Of a stretch of DNA of 14,716 nucleotides, positions 6,833 through 14,087 are shown piece after piece; within the stretch, counting starts at the first letter, position 1, and each line of letters starts with the position of its first letter. The notes under the pieces were generated by a model. It worked only from the letters and a program-made list of their open reading frames with translations. It was not told where the DNA came from and ran no database searches. Source of the DNA: Deltaproteobacteria bacterium (GTDB lineage: Bacteria; Myxococcota_A; UBA9160; SMWR01); assembly GCA_032128375.1 (NCBI GenBank), contig JAQBGU010000182.1, forward strand, positions 1 through 14,716, read 5' to 3'. The translations under genes were made by a program, and so were the position numbers.

Positions 6833-9800
6833 CTATTGCGACCCCGAAAGAGATCGCCGCGTCGGAGCGTCGACGAACGCTTCGGGCTCACCTTGGCGAA
6901 TCGTGTAGACCGCGTTGGCCGACAGACCCGCGACAGTCTGCACGTCACCGTTAGGCCATACGATGTACGCCTGCGCGGAGCTCGCGGTACCGAGACCGAA
7001 GTGCTGCTGCTTCGGATTCATCGAAAGGTATCCCGAACCGCCCTGCACTTCGCGGCGTATGCGTGCGCCGGTATCTGTGGTCAGACGGATGCGCGCGCCG
7101 ATGGCGTCGCGATTGCTGCCGACCTCGGGGTCGCCTACCAGACGAATCTTCAGCCAGCCGCCGCCGGCCTTGTCCGCGTCGTTGCGCAGCAGCGTCGCCG
7201 CGGAGTGAAAATTGTTCACCGCGATGTCGAGGTCGCCGTCGCCATCGAAATCGAGGTATGCGGTACTCCGCGAGTTGCTCGCGAAGTCCGCGCCGCTGCG
7301 GGCTGAGATGTTGCGCAGACGGCCTGCGTCGTTTTCGAACAACACGTTCGATTCACGGCTGTGATTGAACACGACCTCCGCGCTCGTACCGTCGTCGTAG
7401 AACCGCCGGTAGACCATCGAGAAGGTGTTGAAGTCGTTCGTCCCGTTGACGAGGTACAGGTCGTCGTCTGCATCGTGGTCGAAGTCGAAGAATTCGGCGT
7501 CCCACGCCCATCCCGTAGACGTGGCGCCACGCTCCACATCGTCGGAAGGCACATAGCCGGCGAGCTGGCCGCCGTCGAGCTTGGACATGTACAACATATC
7601 GGACTCGCGAATCATCATTCCGGCCATCGACCGCAGGTCGAAGTGCAGCGGAGTGTCGACGTCGGGAAAGATGTATTTGTCGTCCTTGATCAGCGTGGCC
7701 AGGTTCGAAATGTAGATGTCGGGGTAGTCATCGTCGTTCAGGTCGGCGATTCCCACGTTCATCGAGTGAAACGCCTTCGTCACGCCCAGTCGCGGCGCCA
7801 GATTCTCGAAGCGTCCGTCTCCCAGATTTCGGAGAAACGCGTTTCGCCCGTAGTCGTTTGCAACGACGATGTCCTGGCGACCATCCCGATCGAAGTCGAG
7901 GTGGGAAACGGCCTGCGTCCAACCGGTGTCCGCGGCGCCGCTGGTTTCGGTCACATCTTCGAAGCGCATGCCGCCGACGTTCTTGAACAGGCGATTCGGC
8001 AGGGCATTGCGATTGTCGCGATCGAACGTGGGAATGCCGCCGTGCAGGTAGTCGCCGAAATAACCCACATACACATCGAGGAGTCCGTCTGCGTCGAAGT
8101 CGAACGCTGTTGCGGGTCCGCCCACGAGCCGCCGACCGCCGAGCCCGCAGCCTGCTGTGACATCTTCGAAGCGTGCGCGGCCGACGTTGCGGAACAGATG
8201 GTGCTCGTCGTCGACGTATGTGACGAGGATGTCCTGACGCCCGTCGTTGTCGAAGTCGGCGATGATCGGCTGGCGTGGCTCGCCGTCCGATGCGTCCGCG
8301 CGCTTCCAGAAAAGACCTGCACGTTCGGTGACGTCTTCGAACACACCGTCTCCGTCGTTGAGAAGCAGCGCGTTTCCCGCGCCGCCGACGAACAGCAGGT
8401 CGACATCGCCGTCGCCATCGACGTCCTCGGCAGCGACGCCGCCACCCGAAAATGTCGGCGGCGTCTTGATCTGCTTGTGACGGAACTCGCCGAGCCAGCG
8501 CGAGGACCGGTGGCGGAATCTGACATGAGAATCGGACGTGACGTCGGTGAACGCGACGCCAACCCGACCCGCGTCGCGGTCGGCAGCGGGAGCGGACGCG
8601 ATCCGGCTCGCCGGCTGTGAAACCTCCGGGGCCAGCTGGTGTCGTTCGGCGCGCGCGACGATGTCCGCGCTGGCGGCGGCGAGGTCGTCGGGCGCAAGGC
8701 GCGCGTCGTCGGTGTCGCGCCCGGCTTCCAAGCCTGCGATTCGAAGCAACAGGACCCCGTACTGAGAGATCGCTTCTGCGAGAATTTCGGCCGCAAAGGG
8801 ATCCAGCGCAGCGGCGTCCGGCGGCGCCGCGTGCGCGGCGCGCTGGAGGGCGTTCCAGTGCAACCCGAAGTCGCGGAGCGAGTCGCAGTCGAACGACTCG
8901 AGAGTCAACTGCTCCGCTTCGGGCAGCCGGCCGAACACGTGCACGTCCTCGAATTCGTCGATCTCGTGCGGAACGAAATGTTGGACTGCGCGACTGGCGT
9001 CTTGGGCCCGAACCAGCGGGTGACCCGCTGCGCTGGCGCGACGCCCCGCTTCCTGTACCAGCGTGGTGGCGAACGCTGCGAGCTGCGCGTCGAATCGGTC
9101 GACGAATTGGCGTCGCTGTGCGCGGATGCGCGACAACGGCCGGCGCGCGTAGAAACGGCTGATGTTGAATACGAGCAGCCGGGTGGCGTCTTCACCCTGC
9201 AGCTCATTGTAGGCGCGATAGGCGGCAGTCTTGGCGTCGACCAGTCGGTCCAGCATGGCGAGCGAGTCCGCATGCGCGGCGACGGCCGACGTGGCGATCT
9301 TGATTTCGTCCGCGCTGCCATGGAGCTGCGGCAGCAACTCGATCCACGCGGCTCGGAGCGTGGCCTCTCGGATCTCGTAGTCGCTTCGCAAACGGGACTC
9401 GCGGTCGGCAAGCATCAGCGCGCTCAGCGTGACCACGTCGAGGGTCTCGCGGAGCGCCGCGATGCTTTGTGCGGTGAGTGGGAGAAGTGCGCCGTCTCCG
9501 ATCACAGAATCCTGCCGCGCCGCGAGGATGGCGCGCAGTGAGTACGCGATCGAGCCGTACTGATCCGCTCGCTGAGCGGAGATGACCAGCGCGGGGGAGC
9601 CCGAAAAGGACACGCTCAGGCCCCCGTCGGCCTCCCGGCCGATGGCCGCCGTCGCCGCTAGCAGTGGCAGGATCTGCTCGGGTTCGATTTCTGCCTTGCC
9701 CGCTTCCGCCGCAGCTTCCGAGGCCCGAGACCAGAGCCGGCCGACCAGCCGCTTTTGCAGTTCGACGTTCGCGCGGCGAGCGTCCGGGCTGAGCGCTGTG

Positions 9801-10039
9801 CCGAAGACGAAATCCTCGAAGCGACTCGCCGACGAGTGACATTTGGCGTCGTGTGCCGACTCGAGGTCTTGGATGGCGTCGAAGAGCGGCTCCGGCTTGT
9901 CGACGCCCATCAGCAACGGAATCAGCAACGGAATCAGCAACGGAATCGACAAGGGAATCGACAAGGGAATCAGCCGGGCCAGGAACAGGCGCCGCCACTC
10001 ACATCGGCTGGATCGGAATCGTCGGGTCGCAGGGCGCAT
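6833..10039 (-). CDS. CRTAC1-like FG-GAP beta-propeller + ASPIC/UnbV protein with an N-terminal tandem histone-fold-like region (~1068 aa)
   Basis: Seven D-x-D-x-D-G-x-x-D type blade motifs (DVDGDGDVD, DFDNDGRQD, DFDADGLLD, DFDRDGRQD, DLNDDDYPD, DFDHDADDD, DFDGDGDLD) and repeated F(T/E)DVT, from about 8551 to 7180. ASPIC/UnbV motifs WLKIRLVG..SNRDAIGARIRL..REVQGGSGYLS..HFGLG..IVWPNG start at about 7156. The start is placed at ATG 10039 (Arg-rich n-region, then a hydrophobic stretch) because the upstream extension is antisense to potF. Confidence 0.88.
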   Translation of the reverse strand: MRPATRRFRSSRCEWRRLFLARLIPLSIPLSIPLLIPLLIPLLMGVDKPEPLFDAIQDLESAHDAKCHSSASRFEDFVFGTALSPDARRANVELQKRLVGRLWSRASEAAAEAGKAEIEPEQILPLLAATAAIGREADGGLSVSFSGSPALVISAQRADQYGSIAYSLRAILAARQDSVIGDGALLPLTAQSIAALRETLDVVTLSALMLADRESRLRSDYEIREATLRAAWIELLPQLHGSADEIKIATSAVAAHADSLAMLDRLVDAKTAAYRAYNELQGEDATRLLVFNISRFYARRPLSRIRAQRRQFVDRFDAQLAAFATTLVQEAGRRASAAGHPLVRAQDASRAVQHFVPHEIDEFEDVHVFGRLPEAEQLTLESFDCDSLRDFGLHWNALQRAAHAAPPDAAALDPFAAEILAEAISQYGVLLLRIAGLEAGRDTDDARLAPDDLAAASADIVARAERHQLAPEVSQPASRIASAPAADRDAGRVGVAFTDVTSDSHVRFRHRSSRWLGEFRHKQIKTPPTFSGGGVAAEDVDGDGDVDLLFVGGAGNALLLNDGDGVFEDVTERAGLFWKRADASDGEPRQPIIADFDNDGRQDILVTYVDDEHHLFRNVGRARFEDVTAGCGLGGRRLVGGPATAFDFDADGLLDVYVGYFGDYLHGGIPTFDRDNRNALPNRLFKNVGGMRFEDVTETSGAADTGWTQAVSHLDFDRDGRQDIVVANDYGRNAFLRNLGDGRFENLAPRLGVTKAFHSMNVGIADLNDDDYPDIYISNLATLIKDDKYIFPDVDTPLHFDLRSMAGMMIRESDMLYMSKLDGGQLAGYVPSDDVERGATSTGWAWDAEFFDFDHDADDDLYLVNGTNDFNTFSMVYRRFYDDGTSAEVVFNHSRESNVLFENDAGRLRNISARSGADFASNSRSTAYLDFDGDGDLDIAVNNFHSAATLLRNDADKAGGGWLKIRLVGDPEVGSNRDAIGARIRLTTDTGARIRREVQGGSGYLSMNPKQQHFGLGTASSAQAYIVWPNGDVQTVAGLSANAVYTIRQGEPEAFVDAPTRRSLSGSQ
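9911..9970. repeat. 12-bp tandem repeat, 5 units (3x CAGCAACGGAAT + 2x CGACAAGGGAAT)
   Basis: Directly visible. On the minus strand it encodes IPLS-IPLS-IPLL-IPLL-IPLL in the hydrophobic N-terminal segment of the large protein. Confidence 0.95.
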
Positions 10040-10057
10040 CGAATGCCCGTGATAGCG

Positions 10058-10063
10058 TAGACT
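10058..10063 (+). promoter_or_regulatory. Putative -10 element (TAGACT) of the pot operon
   Basis: TAGACT-GCTGCCG-ATG(10071): a TAnnnT hexamer 7 nt before an ATG, which is leaderless geometry, inside a very short divergent intergenic gap. Confidence 0.45.
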
Positions 10064-10070
10064 GCTGCCG

Positions 10071-10100
10071 ATGCGTTTTTCCACCAAGAGCGAAGGGTGA
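10071..10100 (+). CDS. Candidate leaderless uORF MRFSTKSEG overlapping the potF start (GTGA)
   Basis: ATG CGT TTT TCC ACC AAG AGC GAA GGG TGA. The TGA (10098-10100) overlaps the GTG (10097-10099) of potF. Confidence 0.35.
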   Translation: MRFSTKSEG

Positions 10101-11200
10101 TTCGGGCGCTGGCCTGGACGGCGCTCTGGGCGGCGTTGGCCGCCGCCGCTACCCACGCGGGCGCCGAGCAGCCGGTCGTAAACGTCTACAATTGGTCGGA
10201 CTACATCGGCTCGGGCACGGTCGCCGCGTTCGAAGCCGAAACTGGCATCGAGGTGAACTACGACACCTACGATTCGAGCGAGATCGTCGAGGCGAAACTG
10301 CTCGCCGGAGCCACCGGCTACGATGTGGTGGTTCACAGCGGCCAGTTCTCGTCGCGTCTGATCCCCCTCGGGATCTTCCTTCCACTCGACCGCGGGCGGA
10401 TTTCCAGCTGGCAGGCGCTCGACCCGACGATTCTGGCAAGGCTCGCGGAGTACGACCCGGCAAACCGCCATGCGGCGCCGTACATGTGGGGGTCCACCGG
10501 CTTCGCGTACAACGTGAGCATGATTCGGGAACGCATGCCAGACGCTCCTGTACACAGCGCTGCGATGATCTTCGATCCAACCGTGATCTCGCGATTTGCG
10601 GACTGCGGTGTGAGCTTTCTGGACTCGCCCACCGATATCGTTCCGCTGGCGCTGGTCTACCTGGGCCTCGACGGGAATTCCGCCAATGCCGACGATCTGC
10701 GCGCGGCGGAGGTGCTGCTGGCATCGGTCAGACCGTACATCCGTTACTTCAGTTCGACCCGCATGCTGATCGACATACCCAACAAAGAGGTGTGCTTGGC
10801 GATGAGCTGGTCGGGTGACTACGCGGTGGCCCGCAAGCGCGCCGAGCAGGCGGGTATCCGCATCGATCTTGCATACAGCGTTCCCACCGAGGGTTCGTTC
10901 TTCTGGTTCGACGGGCTTCTGATCCCGGCCGACGCACCCCATCCAGACAACGCACACCGCTTCATCGATTTTGTTCTGCGTCCCCAAGTGATCGGCGACA
11001 TCACCAACAAGACCGGCTATGCGAACGCCGTGTCGGCATCGAATCCCTTCGTCGAACCCGAAGTGCTCGGCGATCCGGCCATCTACCCGGGTGCCGACAT
11101 CCGAGAACGCCTGCAGATGACGCGGTCATTGCCGCTAAAGCTCGAACGCCTGCGAACCCGGGCTTTCGCCCGCTTCAAGGCCGGGATCTCCGTACCTTGA
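10097..11200 (+). CDS. potF: Putrescine/polyamine ABC transporter periplasmic binding protein
   Basis: Signal peptide, then VNVYNWSDYI, TGIEVNYDTYDS.E..EAKLLAGATGYDVVV, PYMWGSTG..YN, CGVSFLDSP, WSGD, EG...WFD...IP.DA.HPDNAHRFIDF and C-terminal RTRAFARFKAG, typical of PotF/SpuD. First gene of a four-gene ABC operon. Confidence 0.93.
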   Translation: MIRALAWTALWAALAAAATHAGAEQPVVNVYNWSDYIGSGTVAAFEAETGIEVNYDTYDSSEIVEAKLLAGATGYDVVVHSGQFSSRLIPLGIFLPLDRGRISSWQALDPTILARLAEYDPANRHAAPYMWGSTGFAYNVSMIRERMPDAPVHSAAMIFDPTVISRFADCGVSFLDSPTDIVPLALVYLGLDGNSANADDLRAAEVLLASVRPYIRYFSSTRMLIDIPNKEVCLAMSWSGDYAVARKRAEQAGIRIDLAYSVPTEGSFFWFDGLLIPADAPHPDNAHRFIDFVLRPQVIGDITNKTGYANAVSASNPFVEPEVLGDPAIYPGADIRERLQMTRSLPLKLERLRTRAFARFKAGISVP

Positions 11201-12339
11201 CGGATCCGTCCGCGCCGGTCGAGGGCACGCCGTGGCTCGACCCCGCTGCGGTTCCCTTCGTTCGGATCGAGGGATTGTCGAAGTCATTCGGCGACTTCGT
11301 CGCAGTCGACGCTATCGATCTGGAGATCTTCCGGGGCGAGTTGTTCGCGATTCTGGGTGCTTCGGGCTGTGGCAAGACGACACTGCTGCGAATGTTGGCG
11401 GGCCTCGAGGTGCCCAGCGCCGGGCGAATCTCGATCGACAGCGTGGACATCACCGCTGTACCCCCGTATGAGCGGCCGGTGAACATCATGTTTCAATCGT
11501 ACGCGTTGTTCCCACACATGTCGGTGAAGCAGAACGTCGCCTACGGGTTGAAGAAGGAGGGCACGTCCGGTCGGGAGATCGACGAGCGGGTCCGCGAAAT
11601 GCTGGCTCTCGTTCAGCTCTCCCATCTCGCTGATGCGCGGCCTCGGCACATTTCCGGCGGGCAGTCCCAACGCGTTGCCCTTGCGCGAGCTCTGATCAAG
11701 CGACCGAAGGTTCTTCTACTCGACGAGCCTCTCGCTGCGTTGGACAAGAAACTGCGAGAACAAACGCAGTTCGAGCTGGCCAACGTGCAGGACAAGCTGG
11801 GCGTCACCTTCATCGTCGTGACCCACGACCAGGAGGAGGCGATGACGCTGTCCAGCCGGATCGCGGTGATGAGCGGTGGCCGATTCGTGCAGATCGGTAC
11901 ACCCGGAGAAGTGTACGAACACCCGTGTAACCGCGAGGTCGCCGACTTTGTGGGAAAAATCAACCTGCTGGAAGGGAAGGTGGAGAGTGTGGCGGGCGGC
12001 GAGCCGCTGATTCGTTGTGAGGGGCTGGCCGAATCCGTCTCGGTGCATCACGACCAGCCGCTGACCGCTGGAACAGCCGTGTGCGTGGCGGTGAGGCCGG
12101 AGAAAATCTTCATCAGCAAGGAGCTGCCAGAACAATCCGGTCGCACCGTGTTGAGAGGCGTGGTGTTCGACCTCGCTTACTTCGGCAACCTGTCGGTCTA
12201 CCGTGTTCAGACGACTGCTGGGAAGATCATCGACGTGAGTGCGCCGAACCGGCGCCGGGAGGCGCGGCGTTATCTCGAGTGGGACGACGAAGTCTTCGTA
12301 TCGTGGGACAAGGAGAGTGCCCTGCTCCTCACGGAGTGA
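11197..12339 (+). CDS. potG: Polyamine ABC transporter ATP-binding subunit
   Basis: Walker A GASGCGKT, PPYERPVNIMFQSYALFPHMSV, signature ISGGQSQRVALARAL, Walker B LLLDEP, VTHDQEEAM, and a C-terminal TOBE-like region (VAVRPEKI..YFG). The TTG start overlaps the potF stop (TTGA). Confidence 0.93.
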   Translation: MTDPSAPVEGTPWLDPAAVPFVRIEGLSKSFGDFVAVDAIDLEIFRGELFAILGASGCGKTTLLRMLAGLEVPSAGRISIDSVDITAVPPYERPVNIMFQSYALFPHMSVKQNVAYGLKKEGTSGREIDERVREMLALVQLSHLADARPRHISGGQSQRVALARALIKRPKVLLLDEPLAALDKKLREQTQFELANVQDKLGVTFIVVTHDQEEAMTLSSRIAVMSGGRFVQIGTPGEVYEHPCNREVADFVGKINLLEGKVESVAGGEPLIRCEGLAESVSVHHDQPLTAGTAVCVAVRPEKIFISKELPEQSGRTVLRGVVFDLAYFGNLSVYRVQTTAGKIIDVSAPNRRREARRYLEWDDEVFVSWDKESALLLTE

Positions 12340-12354
12340 GGGCCCGTCTCGACC

Positions 12355-13269
12355 GTGACCTCTGCCCGCAGCATGACACCCCGGCACCGCTTGCGACCCT
12401 GGGAGCGGTTCGGACTCGCCGCTCCGTACGGCTGGTTGCTGCTGTTCTTCCTGGCGCCGTTCGCCATCGTTCTGAAGATCAGCCTCGCCGACCCGCTGGT
12501 CGCGCAGCCGCCCTACACGCCGCTACTCGATCCCGATGCACCGGGTGTCGCAATCCATCTGACGCTCGACAACTATCGCTTCGTATTCGAAGACCGCCTC
12601 TACCTGCTGACCTACCTGAACTCGCTCGAACTCGCCGCGGTCGCCACGCTGCTATGTCTGCTGCTCGGCTACCCGATGGCATACGGCATCGCGCGCTCGC
12701 GACCGTCCACCCGCAACCTGCTGCTGCTGCTGGTCATCCTGCCGTTTTGGATCTCGTTTCTGCTGCGCGTGTACGCGTGGATGGGACTGCTCGGTCGCCA
12801 CGGCGTCGTCAATGCGGTGCTGCTTTGGGTGGGCGTCATCGACGAGCCGCTCGAGCTGCTCTACACGGACACCGCGGTCTTCCTGGGCATGGTCTACTCG
12901 TATCTGCCTTTCATGATTCTGCCGTTGTACGCGAACCTGGAAAGGCTGGATGCAGACCTGATGGATGCGGCTGCCGACCTGGGAGGGCGACCGAACAAGG
13001 TCTTTTTCGACATCACGTTGCCGCTCTCGATGCCCGGTGTCGTGGCCGGCTGTCTGTTGGTCTTCATCCCGGCGATGGGCGAATTCGTGATTCCCGCGCT
13101 GCTCGGCGGCGCCGACACGCTGATGATCGGGCGGGTCGTCTTCGAGGAGTTCTTTTTCAACCGCGATTGGCCGGTGTCCGCCGCCGTGGCGATTGTGCTG
13201 CTGGCACTGCTCGTGGGACCGATCGCACTGCTGCAGCGATACGAGCGAAGTGAGGAGGGTGTGATGTGA
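12355..13269 (+). CDS. potH: Polyamine ABC transporter permease
   Basis: PYGWLLLFFLAPFAIVLKISLA..QPPY, LLGYPMAY.IAR, LVILPFWISFLLRVYAW, YSYLPFMILPLY, EAA-like loop DAAADLG, GEFVIPALLGG, EFFFNRDWPVSAA. The start could alternatively be ATG 12373. Confidence 0.92.
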   Translation: MTSARSMTPRHRLRPWERFGLAAPYGWLLLFFLAPFAIVLKISLADPLVAQPPYTPLLDPDAPGVAIHLTLDNYRFVFEDRLYLLTYLNSLELAAVATLLCLLLGYPMAYGIARSRPSTRNLLLLLVILPFWISFLLRVYAWMGLLGRHGVVNAVLLWVGVIDEPLELLYTDTAVFLGMVYSYLPFMILPLYANLERLDADLMDAAADLGGRPNKVFFDITLPLSMPGVVAGCLLVFIPAMGEFVIPALLGGADTLMIGRVVFEEFFFNRDWPVSAAVAIVLLALLVGPIALLQRYERSEEGVM

Positions 13270-14087
13270 GGCAACGCTCGATGCTGGTGCTCGTGGCGCT
13301 GGGCTTTGGCTTCGCGTTCCTCTATGTGCCCATCTTGCTGGTGGTTCTCTACTCCTTCAACGACTCTCGCCTCGCGGCGGTTTGGGGCGGCTTCTCCTTT
13401 CGCTGGTACACCGAACTCTTCCGCAGCGGGGACGTGCTCGAAGCAGCGCTGTTGAGCCTTCGCATCGCCGCGCTAAGCGCCACCGCGGCGACGGTGCTGG
13501 GTACACTCGCCGCACTCGCTCTCGTCAGGATGGGCCGGTTCCGCGGGCGGCTCCTGTTCACAGCGATGATCACAGCGCCGCTCGTGATGCCGGAGGTGAT
13601 CACGGGGCTGTCATTGCTGCTGTTGTTCGTCAGCCTGCAAGACCTGGTGGGCGGGGTGGGGTCGCGCGGTGCGGGCACGATCACCATCGCGCACATCACG
13701 TTCTCGACCGCCTACGTGGCGGTGCTCGTGCGTTCGCGGCTGTCGAACGTGGACGAGACGCTCGAAGAGGCCGCGATGGATCTCGGCGGCCGACCCCTGC
13801 GGGTTCTGCTCGACATCACCCTGCCGATTATCGCCCCGGCGCTCGTGGCTGGCTGGCTGCTCGCCTTCACGCTGTCGCTCGACGACTTGATCATCGCGAG
13901 CTTCGTGTCGGGTCCCGGCTCAACCACACTTCCGATGCTGATCTTCTCGAAGGTCCGGCTCGGGGTGACACCAGACATCAACGCGCTCGCAACCCTCATC
14001 ATGGTGATCGTAGGCTCGGGCGTGGTGATTGCCGGCTGGGTGATGAACCGCCAGCAGCGACGGGCGAAGTCCGGCGTGCGACCCTGA
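13266..14087 (+). CDS. potI: Polyamine ABC transporter permease
   Basis: FLYVPILLVVLYSFNDSRL..VWGGFS.RWY, PLVMPEVITGLSLLLLF, EEAAMDLG, FTLSLDDLIIASFVSGPGSTTLP..IFSKVRLGVTPDINALAT. GTGA overlap with potH, with GAGGAGG RBS upstream. Confidence 0.93.
   Translation: MRQRSMLVLVALGFGFAFLYVPILLVVLYSFNDSRLAAVWGGFSFRWYTELFRSGDVLEAALLSLRIAALSATAATVLGTLAALALVRMGRFRGRLLFTAMITAPLVMPEVITGLSLLLLFVSLQDLVGGVGSRGAGTITIAHITFSTAYVAVLVRSRLSNVDETLEEAAMDLGGRPLRVLLDITLPIIAPALVAGWLLAFTLSLDDLIIASFVSGPGSTTLPMLIFSKVRLGVTPDINALATLIMVIVGSGVVIAGWVMNRQQRRAKSGVRP

Noticed and set aside
9911..9970. Repeat array as a possible CRISPR
   Set aside because: The 12-bp units are directly adjacent with no spacers, in frame within a CDS, and no cas genes are present.
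10040..10987. 316-aa N-terminal extension of the 1384-aa ORF in the track
   Set aside because: It lies antisense to the clearly genuine potF gene and has no recognisable protein features. It is an open antisense frame typical of high-GC DNA.
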